Origin: Thermoplasmata archaeon
GTDB taxonomy: Archaea; Thermoplasmatota; Thermoplasmata; Lutacidiplasmatales; UBA184
Length of the DNA: 64,000 bases
Reading direction: 5' to 3'
NCBI GenBank assembly: GCA_030038095.1
Contig: JASHPK010000010.1
Coordinates: 2,309 to 66,308, forward strand
Shown: positions 55,827 to 64,000 of the stretch, piece after piece
How the letters are laid out: each line of letters opens with the position of its first letter
How positions within the stretch are numbered: the first letter of the stretch is position 1
The notes under the pieces: model-generated
Seen by the model: only the letters and a program-made list of their open reading frames with translations
What the model was told of the DNA's origin: nothing
Database searches by the model: none
Position numbers and translations under genes: made by a program

Positions 55827-56869
55827 CCGGTCCCCGCCGCGGGGCCCGTCACGACGACCTTCACCGCCTCGCTCGGGCGGCCCGCGAGGCGGAACGCCTC
55901 GTCGATCGATCCGAGGGGGATCTCGTGCGAGACGAGGTCCTTCAGCGTGAGGCGACCCTCGACGACGAGCCGGTGGACCTCGGCGAGGTCCGGCTCCGTC
56001 GTGGCGTAGGAAGGGATCAGGCGAACGCCCCGCAGGTACAGCTCCTGCAGGTCCGCGTCGAGCCGGCTCCCGGCATCGGGGAGGCCGAAGAGGTTCACCG
56101 TCCCGGCGCGCCGGACGAGGCCGGTCGCTTCCCGCACGACCGCCGGGTGCCCGGTCGCCACCACCGCGAGATCGACCCCGCGTCCTTCCGTGGCCCGGTC
56201 GATCGCGGCCTTCGCCGCGCCGGGGGTCCTCGGGTCGACCGTCACGTCGATCCCTCCGCGCTCGGCCGCCTCCCTCCGGAGCGGCGAGATCTCGGTCCCT
56301 CCGACCCAGGCAGCTCCGAGCGACCGGGCGAGCCGGGCGTAGAGGAGCCCCACGGGGCCGAGCCCGAGGACGAAGACGCTCGCCCGCTCGGGAAGGTGGA
56401 CCCGGCGCAGCGCGGTGAGCGCACACCCGGCGGGCTCGATGAGCGCACCGGTCGCCCAGTCGACCGAGGGGTCGAGCCGGAGCACGGCGCCGCGGCTCAC
56501 GTTCTCGACGGGGACTCGGAAGGTGTCCGCAAAACCCCCGGGGTCGAGGTTGGTCCGCGAGTACGTCGGGCAGAACGTGTAGTCCCCGCGGGCGCAGACC
56601 TCGCAGGCGTAGCACGGCACGTGATGGTGAACGAAGACCCGGTCGCCGACCGCGAGGCGGTCGACCCCATCCCCGACGGTCGCCACGCGCCCGGCCGGCT
56701 CATGGCCGATCACTCCCGCGGTCCGGTAGTTCCCCCGGAGCTTCTCGAGGTCGGTGCCGCAGACCCCGCACGCGGCGAGGTCGACGGTGATCTCCCCCGG
56801 GCCCGCCACCGGCGCGGGCCGCTCCTCGAGCCGGATCGTGCCGGGGGCTGCGAGCCGCGCGAACCTCAT
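55823..56869 (-). CDS. Zinc-dependent alcohol dehydrogenase family (threonine/sorbitol dehydrogenase-like)
   Basis: Catalytic zinc GHEPAG, structural zinc CxxCxxC (CYACEVCARGDYTFC), and an NAD-binding GLGPVG. The start was set at MRFARL (56869). Confidence 0.8.
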   Translation of the reverse strand: MRFARLAAPGTIRLEERPAPVAGPGEITVDLAACGVCGTDLEKLRGNYRTAGVIGHEPAGRVATVGDGVDRLAVGDRVFVHHHVPCYACEVCARGDYTFCPTYSRTNLDPGGFADTFRVPVENVSRGAVLRLDPSVDWATGALIEPAGCALTALRRVHLPERASVFVLGLGPVGLLYARLARSLGAAWVGGTEISPLRREAAERGGIDVTVDPRTPGAAKAAIDRATEGRGVDLAVVATGHPAVVREATGLVRRAGTVNLFGLPDAGSRLDADLQELYLRGVRLIPSYATTEPDLAEVHRLVVEGRLTLKDLVSHEIPLGSIDEAFRLAGRPSEAVKVVVTGPAAGTG

Positions 56870-58278
56870 ACCCTCGCGCGCGCGGCGGAGATCGCGGCGT
56901 CGACGACCTCGATCGCCTCGTCGATCTCCTCGCGTCGGACGATCAGGGGAGGGATGTAGCGGAGCGACGAACGCCCGCACGGCAGCAGGATCAGGCCGCG
57001 CTTCCAGGTCTCCTCGAGGACCGCATCCCGGAATTGGACGGCCGGCTCCTTGGTCGTCCGGTCCTTGACGAACTCGGTCGCGGTCATCAGGCCCAAGCCC
57101 CGGACGTCCCCGATCTCGGGGTGCTTCACCTGGAGCTCGTGGAGGCGCTTCAGGAGGTACGCGCCCTGGACGCGCGCGTTGTCGAGCAGCCGGTCCTTCT
57201 CGATCACGTCGAGGGTGGCGGTCGACGCCGCGACCGCAAGGAGGTTCCCGCCGAAGGTGTTGGAGTGGGCGCCCTGCGTCGGGAAGTCGAGGTCCGCGCG
57301 GAACGCGACCGCGCCGAGCGGGAGACCCCCGCCGAGCGCCTTCGCCATCGTGACGAGGTCAGGGACGACCCCGTGGTGCTCGATCGCGAACCACCGGCCC
57401 GTCCGGCCCATCCCCGCCTGCACCTCGTCGTCGATGAACAGGATGCCGTGCTCGTCGACGATCGACTTGATCGCGGCGTGCCAGCCCTTCGGCGGGACGA
57501 TGTACCCGCCCTCGCCCATCACCGGCTCCGCGAGGAACGCGGCCACATCGTCCGGCGGGATCGACGTCTGGAAGTAGAGCTCCTTCAGAATCTTCGCGCA
57601 GTAGAGGTCACAGCTCGGGTACTCGAGCTTGTACGGGCACCGGTAGCAGTACGGGGCCGGGATGTGGTGGCCCCCGCCGACGAACGAGCCGTACCGCGCG
57701 CGCTGGACCGGCTTCGAGGTCGTCATCGTCAGCGACCCCATGGTGCGGCCGTGGAACGCGCCGAGGAGGCCGATCGTGATGGGGCGGCCCCGGTGCCAGC
57801 GGGCGATCTTGAGGGCGGCCTCGGCGCTCTCGGTGCCGCTGTTCGTGAAGAAGACCTTCTTGGGGAAGGTGCCGGGCGTGATGCGCGTCAGGCGCTCGGC
57901 GAGCTGCACCTGGTTCTCGTAGTAGAAGTCGGTCCCCGCGAAGTGCGAGAGGCGGCCGACCTGGTCCCGGACCGCGCGGACGACCTCGGGGTGGGCGTAG
58001 CCGAGGGCGTTGACCGCCACCCCCGACGCGAAGTCGAGGAGCCGGTTCCCGTCGACGTCGGTGATCCAGACCCCGCTGCCCGACTCGGCGACGACGGGGG
58101 ACGTCTTCGTGCTCGTCATGAGGTACTTGCCGTCGAGCGCGACGATGCGCTGCGCGACCGGGCCGGGAATCGGCGTGCGGATCAGGATCCCGCGCTTCGG
58201 CGTCTTGGCGGGACCTTCCGTCGAGGCGGGGACCGGGGGAGGAACGCTTTGGCTCATCGATGCACCCGGTATCTGCAA
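56866..58278 (-). CDS. Class III PLP aminotransferase (GABA/omega-aminotransferase-like)
   Basis: FTNSGTESAEAALKIAR, DEVQAGMGRTG, and a Lys in TMAKALGGG. Confidence 0.85.
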   Translation of the reverse strand: MQIPGASMSQSVPPPVPASTEGPAKTPKRGILIRTPIPGPVAQRIVALDGKYLMTSTKTSPVVAESGSGVWITDVDGNRLLDFASGVAVNALGYAHPEVVRAVRDQVGRLSHFAGTDFYYENQVQLAERLTRITPGTFPKKVFFTNSGTESAEAALKIARWHRGRPITIGLLGAFHGRTMGSLTMTTSKPVQRARYGSFVGGGHHIPAPYCYRCPYKLEYPSCDLYCAKILKELYFQTSIPPDDVAAFLAEPVMGEGGYIVPPKGWHAAIKSIVDEHGILFIDDEVQAGMGRTGRWFAIEHHGVVPDLVTMAKALGGGLPLGAVAFRADLDFPTQGAHSNTFGGNLLAVAASTATLDVIEKDRLLDNARVQGAYLLKRLHELQVKHPEIGDVRGLGLMTATEFVKDRTTKEPAVQFRDAVLEETWKRGLILLPCGRSSLRYIPPLIVRREEIDEAIEVVDAAISAARARV

Positions 58279-58379
58279 GGCCCAAGAGAAGCTAAAAAGT
58301 TCAGGGTGGGCCGCACCTGACCTCGACCGTCCTCTGGAACGTCTCCTTTTATGCCGCGCGTCCGGGTCCTGCGTCCTCG

Positions 58380-58661
58380 ATGAACCCGGCGGAGGAGCCG
58401 AACGATCTCGAGCTCAAGGAGCTCGAGGAGATCGTACCGGCCCGCGCCGTCCTGACGGAGCTGGCCCGCGGGTTCCTCCTCGTGCACGAGTCGAACCCGG
58501 AGCGGGCCGTGCGGTTCGCCGAGACGTTCCTCAAGGAGATCGAGGGGCGCAGCGCGTCGTTCCGCGCGGAGCCGGTCCCGAAGGTCTCCCTCGCGCGCCT
58601 ATCGCTCGCGCGCCACCACCACGGGGCGGTCGAGCCCCGAGAGCTCGACCCGTCGGGCTGA
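58380..58661 (+). CDS. Hypothetical small acidic protein (93 aa)
   Basis: Good GC3 bias. A TTTTATG-like AT-rich patch lies upstream. No family recognised. The 3' end overlaps the convergent aminotransferase. Confidence 0.3.
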   Translation: MNPAEEPNDLELKELEEIVPARAVLTELARGFLLVHESNPERAVRFAETFLKEIEGRSASFRAEPVPKVSLARLSLARHHHGAVEPRELDPSG

Positions 58662-59618
58662 CCGACCCGGACCTCGCGCCGCGAGGTAGGCGGCGAGATC
58701 GGCGGGGAACGAACGACGGGTGAGGCAGAGCCGCACGCCCGTGGGGTCACCGAAGAGGCCCCCCGGGCAGACGAGCACCGAGGACCGCAGCACCCGGCGG
58801 GCGCATCGCTCGCCGTCCGGGGGCCCGCGATCGAAAGCGACGGGCGCTTCGGGCCCGGTCGAGTCCGGGAAGCTCCGACGGAACGCGGCGCGGTTCCGCT
58901 CGAGGACCGAGTCGACCTCGCGCCGCAGGCGATCCCGGGCCCTCCAGGTCGCGAGGGCGGTCGCAATGGCGAAATTCGACAGGGGATCGGCCACGACCCC
59001 GTGGTATTCGGAGAAGCGCGGCCGCTCCTCCTCGGGTGCGACCACGAACCCCACTCGGAGGTCGTCGCCAGCGTAGAATTTGGTGAACGTACCGGTGGTC
59101 CAGACCCCCGGCCGGGGGAGGTCGTGCACCGAGGGCGCGTGGGCGAACTCCCGGAACGTCTCGTCCACGAGCAGGCTGTCGGCCCCCTCCGACCACTCGA
59201 GGAGCCGGGCCGTGGACCACCGGTCCCCCTCCGGGTTCCGGGGGTTCGAGACCACGGCGACCGCGGCGCGGTTCGTGCGCGACGGGTCCGGGCGGAACCC
59301 GGCCCAGCGCGCGCCGTCGAACAGCGGTGGGTACTCGGGAAAGTGCACTCTCGCGGCCCGCCGTCGGCCCCGGGCGCGGCCGGACAGGTACGCGAGCACC
59401 CGCGAGTTCGCTTCCGTGGCGCCGGGGGTAAGGAATACCCGCCGGGGGTCGACCCCGAGGCCGTCCGCGAGCTCGCCCCGCAGCACCTCGGAATCCGCCG
59501 AGGAGATCTCCCCCGCCCGCGGGGCCGGATGCCGGACGCTCCCTTGCATCCCGCTGAGCCCGAGGTTGTGGCGGCAGCCGAGGTGAGAGTCGATCCATTC
59601 GGCGAGCGGGAACGACAC
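58599..59618 (-). CDS. Class I/II PLP aminotransferase (HisC/CobD-like)
   Basis: PLP-lysine context TFTKFYAGDDLRVGF (SxSKxxxxxGxRxG pattern) and NPRNPEG substrate-loop motif. Confidence 0.6.
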   Translation of the reverse strand: MSFPLAEWIDSHLGCRHNLGLSGMQGSVRHPAPRAGEISSADSEVLRGELADGLGVDPRRVFLTPGATEANSRVLAYLSGRARGRRRAARVHFPEYPPLFDGARWAGFRPDPSRTNRAAVAVVSNPRNPEGDRWSTARLLEWSEGADSLLVDETFREFAHAPSVHDLPRPGVWTTGTFTKFYAGDDLRVGFVVAPEEERPRFSEYHGVVADPLSNFAIATALATWRARDRLRREVDSVLERNRAAFRRSFPDSTGPEAPVAFDRGPPDGERCARRVLRSSVLVCPGGLFGDPTGVRLCLTRRSFPADLAAYLAARGPGRSARRVELSGLDRPVVVARER

Positions 59619-59718
59619 GACCGGTCGAGCCGAAGCGAGCTCTAAGCGGTTGGCACCCGACCTCCGCCCCTCCGAGACGCGTGGAAGCGAACGGTCTTGA
59701 GCCGCGGTCTCCCGTGGC

Positions 59719-60168
59719 GTGGCGATGGCCGCCCGTCCCGCCGCACCCCCCTCGGTCCAGGTGAGCCCGAACGGGCGGATCCTCGCGCTCTCGGCCGCGT
59801 GGTTCGCGGACGGAGCGCGCCGGAGGGCGGAGGCGCGGAGAGCGGCCCGGTGCGTCGAGTGCGCGAAGCCGCTCCCGAACCACCGGACGCCCTACTGCTC
59901 CCGGCGGTGTCAGTGGAAGTTCCACGGTCACTACTTCTGGGACTCCGCCCGCTCGTACGTGATGCTCCGCGACCGGTACACCTGCCGCCTGTGCGGCGTG
60001 CGCCGACGCGCCCGGGAGCTGGACGTCGACCACATCGTGGAGATCGCGCGGGGCGGGGCGGCGCTCGAGTACTCGAACCTCCAGACCGTGTGCCGGACCT
60101 GTCACCGGGCGAAGACTCGACGTTTCCTGGAGGCCCGGAGCGGGGACCGGCCGGACGGCCCCGAGTAG
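59719..60168 (+). CDS. HNH endonuclease with N-terminal zinc finger
   Basis: HNH core CRLCG...DVDHIVEIARGG...NLQTVCRTCHRAKT. An upstream C4-type finger (CVECAKP...CSRRC). Confidence 0.7.
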   Translation: MAMAARPAAPPSVQVSPNGRILALSAAWFADGARRRAEARRAARCVECAKPLPNHRTPYCSRRCQWKFHGHYFWDSARSYVMLRDRYTCRLCGVRRRARELDVDHIVEIARGGAALEYSNLQTVCRTCHRAKTRRFLEARSGDRPDGPE

Positions 60169-60227
60169 CTTCGATCGCTCGGCAGGTTCAATTCCCCGAG
60201 CCCCCTCGGGGTGGCGAGAGGACAAAG

Positions 60228-60875
60228 ATGAAGGTGGGGATTCTCGGGAGCGGCGACGTCGCGAGATCGCTCGGCACGGGCTTCGTGGCCTCGGGCCACC
60301 ACGTGATGCTCGGCTCGCGCGAGCCGGGGAACCCGAAGATCGAGGAGTGGGCCCGGGGCACCGGGGGTGCGGGGTCCGGGGGGACGTTCACCGAGGCGGC
60401 GAAGTTCGGGGAGGTCGTGGTCGTCGCGACCCTCGGCGTGGCGTCGTCCGACGTGGTCCGTCTCGCGGGGCCTGATTACTTCACGGGCAAGGTCGTGATC
60501 GACGCCACGAATCCCCTCCAGTTCGACGGGAGCGGCCCCCCCCGGCTCGCGATCGGGTTCTCGACGTCCGCCGGCGAGGAGCTGCAAAAGCTCCTTCCGA
60601 GGGCCCGCGTCGTGAAGGCGTTCAACATCGTCGGGAACGCCCACTTCTACCGGCCGACCTTCCCCGGCGGTCCGCCGGACATGATCATCTGCGGGAACGA
60701 TGCCTCGGCGAAGGAGACCGTGACCCACCTCCTGCACGAATTCGGATGGCCGAACGTGATCGACATCGGTGGGATCGAGGGAGCGCGCGAGCTCGAGACG
60801 CTCTGTATCCTCTGGGTGAAGACCGCGCTGAAGCTCCAGAGCTTCGACATCGCGTTCAAGGTGCTGCGGAAGTAG
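60228..60875 (+). CDS. NADP oxidoreductase, coenzyme F420-dependent family (NpdG/Fno-like Rossmann protein)
   Basis: MKVGILGSGDVARSLG dinucleotide-binding start. 215 aa, the typical length for F420H2:NADP+ oxidoreductase-like proteins. The 392-aa supplied ORF is a composite. Confidence 0.6.
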   Translation: MKVGILGSGDVARSLGTGFVASGHHVMLGSREPGNPKIEEWARGTGGAGSGGTFTEAAKFGEVVVVATLGVASSDVVRLAGPDYFTGKVVIDATNPLQFDGSGPPRLAIGFSTSAGEELQKLLPRARVVKAFNIVGNAHFYRPTFPGGPPDMIICGNDASAKETVTHLLHEFGWPNVIDIGGIEGARELETLCILWVKTALKLQSFDIAFKVLRK

Positions 60876-60910
60876 ATCGAGCCGGAGGGTCCGCCCGTCG
60901 GGCCGGCCCC

Positions 60911-62266
60911 CTAGCTCGGTCCGCGGGTCGCCTGTTCCAGCGCGTCGATCGAGAACGGGAGTCCGGAGCCGGTATTGTAGAGGAGCACGTGCTCGCCTTG
61001 GCGCACCCGGCCCTCCCGGGCGAGCCGGGCCAGCGCCGCGTACGGGGCGGCCCCCTCGGGAGAGGCGGAGACCCCGTGCCGGTCGGCAAGCTGCCGCATC
61101 GCCGCGACGATCTCCCGGTCGTCGAGCGTCACCCCGTCGCCGTGGGTCGAACGTACCGCTTCGAGGATCCGCTCCGAGGCGAACGGGGCGGGCACCAGCA
61201 GGCCGGGCGCGATCGTCCGCGGCCCCTCCCAGGGCCCGACCCGGGCGCCTCCCTCGCGCAGCGCCCGCACGACCGGGGCGCATCCGGACGGCTGTACCGC
61301 GTACAACCGGGGGGTCCGCGCGAGGAGTCCGAGGGCGCCGAGCTCCCGGAACGCCTTCGCCATACCGACCAGCCCCGTGCCCCCGCCGGTGGGATAGAGG
61401 ATCGCGTCCGGCAGGTCGTCGCCCGGGAGCTGCTCGAAGATCTCGAGCCCCATGGTCTTCTTCCCCTCGACCCGGTAGGGCTCGCGCAGGGTCGACATGT
61501 CGAAGGCCCCGGAGCGGGCCTCCGCTTCCCGGGCGGACGCGCCGGCCTCCCGGATCGTCCCCCGGACGGTGACCACTTCCGCCCCGTACTGGCGGCACTG
61601 CTGCGCCATCGAAGGCGGCGTCTCCTCCGGAAGGTAGACCCGGGCGTGCAGGCGCGCCCGGGCCGAGTACGCGGCGAGCGCGACGCCCGCGTTCCCCGCG
61701 CTCGGGACGAACAGCTCCTTGAGTCCGAGCTCCCGGGCCCGGGAGACCGCGACCGCCATTCCCCGGGCCTTGAACGATCCGGTGGGGAGTCCCCCGTCGT
61801 CCTTCAGGGAGACCCGCACCCCGGGAGCTTCCGGCACCTCGCCCAAATCGAGGACGGGGCTAAACCCTTCACCGAGCGTCGTGATCGCCTCGGAGTGCTC
61901 GACGGGCAACAGCTCCCGATACCGCCAGAGGGTCGCCGGCCGTTCTGCGAGCCCGGACCGCCAGCGGGCCGCGTCCAGCCGGTCGAGATGGTACTCGGCG
62001 AAGAGAGTGTGCCCGCACGTCGGGCACGGGCCGACGGGCCGGTCGGCCGCCACGATCGCGCAGCAGGCGCGACACTCGAGGTGGTCGAGGAGCGACCCCG
62101 GACTGGCCACGCCCGTTAGGGGGCCCGCGGAGCGATAAGGTTCGCCGGGGCCCCTCGGAGAGGTCGCCGGTCGCTCGGCCGCGCCGAGTCGAGGCGCCAT
62201 GCGCGGCCCGGACGAGGTGGACCGGCTCGAGGTCCGGCGACGGACCCGGGAGGTCCCGCGAGTCAC
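60911..62266 (-). CDS. thrC: Threonine synthase (archaeal type with N-terminal zinc ribbon)
   Basis: PLP-lysine GSFKARG and CRACC...CPTCGH ribbon. The likely true start is the GTG at 62109; the upstream Arg/Ser-rich codons are doubtful. Confidence 0.85.
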   Translation of the reverse strand: MTRGTSRVRRRTSSRSTSSGPRMAPRLGAAERPATSPRGPGEPYRSAGPLTGVASPGSLLDHLECRACCAIVAADRPVGPCPTCGHTLFAEYHLDRLDAARWRSGLAERPATLWRYRELLPVEHSEAITTLGEGFSPVLDLGEVPEAPGVRVSLKDDGGLPTGSFKARGMAVAVSRARELGLKELFVPSAGNAGVALAAYSARARLHARVYLPEETPPSMAQQCRQYGAEVVTVRGTIREAGASAREAEARSGAFDMSTLREPYRVEGKKTMGLEIFEQLPGDDLPDAILYPTGGGTGLVGMAKAFRELGALGLLARTPRLYAVQPSGCAPVVRALREGGARVGPWEGPRTIAPGLLVPAPFASERILEAVRSTHGDGVTLDDREIVAAMRQLADRHGVSASPEGAAPYAALARLAREGRVRQGEHVLLYNTGSGLPFSIDALEQATRGPS

Positions 62267-62281
62267 GTCGCCCCCACGGGC

Positions 62282-63058
62282 TCACTCGTAGGAGACGTCC
62301 GAGCGGAGGTACGCGCGTACCGCGAGGAAGAGGACGACCACGGTCTCGAGGAGAAGGACGAGCATCTGGTAGCCGTCGTTCGGCGTCAGGGTGCCGAGGT
62401 ACGCGCCCCGCACGGCGTCGGCGACGTACGTGAGGGGGTTCACCTCGAAGAGGGCCTTCAGGACCCCCGGGAGCCCGCTGCTCAGCGGATAGAAGACCGT
62501 GCTCGCGAAGTTGACGACGAAGATGATCAGGATCTGGACGCTGTTGTAGGCGGTGTTCGACTTGACCAGCGCACTGATAAGGAGCATCAGGGCGCCGAAG
62601 AAGATCGACCCGAGCACGATCGAGCCGAAGATCAGACCATAGGGGACGGGCCCCGCGGGCCCGGACCGGATCAGTCCGTAGGCCACGCCGAGCATCACCG
62701 CCGCCCCGCCGAGCCCGAACAGCATCGACGTCAGCATGATCCCGAGGAGGTACTGGAGCCGGGTGAACGGGCCCACGAGGAGCTGGGAGAGCATCCCCCA
62801 CCGGCGGTCGGCCCAGAGCATCGATCCTCCGACCGTGCCCGCCATCACGGCCTGGAAGGCCATGATGCCGGGCGTGAGGTACGAGAGGTAGGAGGAGCTC
62901 GAACCCTGGGCCGAGGTGATCGATTGGAAGCCGAAGCCAAAGAAGACGAGGTACATCCCCGGCAGCCCGAGCAGGATGATGAGGCTGCCCGGGTCGGTGT
63001 TGACCCGGATGTTCCGGTAGATCAGCCGGAGGAGATTAGGGAGCGGCAACCGGCTCAC
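62282..63058 (-). CDS. ABC-2-type transporter permease
   Basis: 258 aa with 6 TM segments. It overlaps the stop of the ABC ATPase gene. Confidence 0.75.
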   Translation of the reverse strand: MSRLPLPNLLRLIYRNIRVNTDPGSLIILLGLPGMYLVFFGFGFQSITSAQGSSSSYLSYLTPGIMAFQAVMAGTVGGSMLWADRRWGMLSQLLVGPFTRLQYLLGIMLTSMLFGLGGAAVMLGVAYGLIRSGPAGPVPYGLIFGSIVLGSIFFGALMLLISALVKSNTAYNSVQILIIFVVNFASTVFYPLSSGLPGVLKALFEVNPLTYVADAVRGAYLGTLTPNDGYQMLVLLLETVVVLFLAVRAYLRSDVSYE

Positions 63059-63986
63059 CCCGATGTTCGACCGAGCGGAGGAACACGTCCTCGAGCGTGT
63101 TCTGGCGCACGTTGAGCCACTCGAGCTGGACGCCCAGCGTCTGGGTCAGCTCGGCGATCTGGGAGAGCGCGTCCTTCGGATCGTCGGTCAGGATGACCGC
63201 CGACTGGAGATGCGCCGTGACGGTCGCCCGGGACCCGAGCCGGGCCGCCAGTGCCGGGAAGAACCGATCCGCGTCGCCGTTCGCGATCGTCAGGTCGATC
63301 GTCTTCTTGCCCCCGTAGAGCTGCTTCAGGTTCTCCACGGAGTCGAGGACGAGGATCTTCCCCTCGTCGATGACCGCGACGCGGTCGCACAGATAGTCCG
63401 CCTCCTCGAGGTTGTGCGTGGTGAAGACGACGGTGAGCCCCCGCCGCACCTCCGCCCGGATCGAGTCGAGGAGCTTGCGACGCATGATCACGTCGAGCCC
63501 GACGGTCGGTTCATCGAGGAACAGGATCTCCATGTCGTGCATGAACTCCCGTGCGACCTGGACCCGGCGTTTCTGTCCGCCCGAGATGTCGAACGCGCGA
63601 CGCTTGCGGAACTCGTTGAGGCCGAATCGCTCGATGAGCGCCTCCCGCCGCCGGACCCGTTCGTCCTTCGGGATCCCCCAGAGGATCCCATAGACGTCGA
63701 GATTGCCCTGCACGGTCGTGAAGTCGAAGGACTCCAGCTGCTGCACCACCCCGATGCGGGCGCGGATCCGCTGGCCGTCATGGGCGGGGTCCATCCCGAG
63801 CACCCGAAGCCGTCCCGAGGTCGGCTGGATCAGGGTCGTCATCGCCTTGATCAGCGTCGACTTCCCGGCGCCGTTGCGCCCGAGTAGTCCAAAGACCTCG
63901 CCGTAGCGGACGGAGAAGCTCACCCCGTCCAGCGCGAAGCGCTTCCGGTCGTAGGAGTGCCGAACGTCCTCCGCGAGGATCGCCAC
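63036..63986 (-). CDS. ABC transporter ATP-binding protein
   Basis: Walker A GRNGAGKST, signature ISGGQKRR, Walker B ILFLDEPT. Confidence 0.85.
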   Translation of the reverse strand: MAILAEDVRHSYDRKRFALDGVSFSVRYGEVFGLLGRNGAGKSTLIKAMTTLIQPTSGRLRVLGMDPAHDGQRIRARIGVVQQLESFDFTTVQGNLDVYGILWGIPKDERVRRREALIERFGLNEFRKRRAFDISGGQKRRVQVAREFMHDMEILFLDEPTVGLDVIMRRKLLDSIRAEVRRGLTVVFTTHNLEEADYLCDRVAVIDEGKILVLDSVENLKQLYGGKKTIDLTIANGDADRFFPALAARLGSRATVTAHLQSAVILTDDPKDALSQIAELTQTLGVQLEWLNVRQNTLEDVFLRSVEHRGEPVAAP

Positions 63987-64000
63987 GTCCCCCGGTCCAT

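Noticed and set aside
57034-62119. Long + strand ORFs (57034..58320, 59001..59645, 60746..62119) and minus ORFs (58747..60225, 60102..61598)
   Set aside because: They overlap well-supported aminotransferase, HNH, F420-oxidoreductase-like and threonine synthase genes. The products are low-complexity Arg/Gly/Pro-rich.

Overview
This 64 kb window is high-GC DNA (roughly 68-70% by eye) and the gene content says it comes from an archaeon: thermosome, aIF2-beta, deoxyhypusine synthase, Pus10, RpoF/L21e/KsgA and XerA. Long antisense or off-frame ORFs rich in Arg/Gly/Pro are abundant, which is typical of high-GC DNA, so I called genes by homology and by third-codon-position GC. Both strands are densely packed with housekeeping and metabolic genes.

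Main contents:
- A complete LysW/ArgW carrier-protein arginine/lysine biosynthesis cluster (argG-argH-lysW-lysX-lysY-lysZ-lysJ-lysK). The 53-aa carrier gene lysW is missing from the ORF track. An ACT-domain regulator is transcribed divergently.
- tRNA-Lys(CUU), and tRNA-Cys(GCA).
- Several aminoacyl-tRNA synthetases (ValRS, a class II LysRS, MetRS).
- A predicted hydroxyproline catabolic module (proline-racemase-family epimerase, FAD D-amino-acid-type dehydrogenase, DapA-family enzyme) next to a kumamolisin-like S53 peptidase.
- A conserved archaeal information-processing block (ksgA, COG1491, rpoF, rpl21e, pus10).
- A MarR-MFS efflux pair.
- ThyX, tryptophanase, a PHP phosphoesterase and a TtuA/NcsA tRNA thiolase.
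- A lower-GC stretch immediately after tRNA-Cys (46.6-50.5 kb). It carries a zinc-ribbon-MNT/HEPN toxin-antitoxin pair, a large membrane-anchored surface protein with a PstS-like binding domain, a 600-bp ORF-free gap and a small membrane protein. I consider this the most likely horizontally acquired or accessory segment.

Other points worth a second look: a valS N-terminus that lacks a canonical start, a MEDS-like sensor gene pair, and a standalone HNH nuclease.

No CRISPR array, rRNA or obvious transposase was found.
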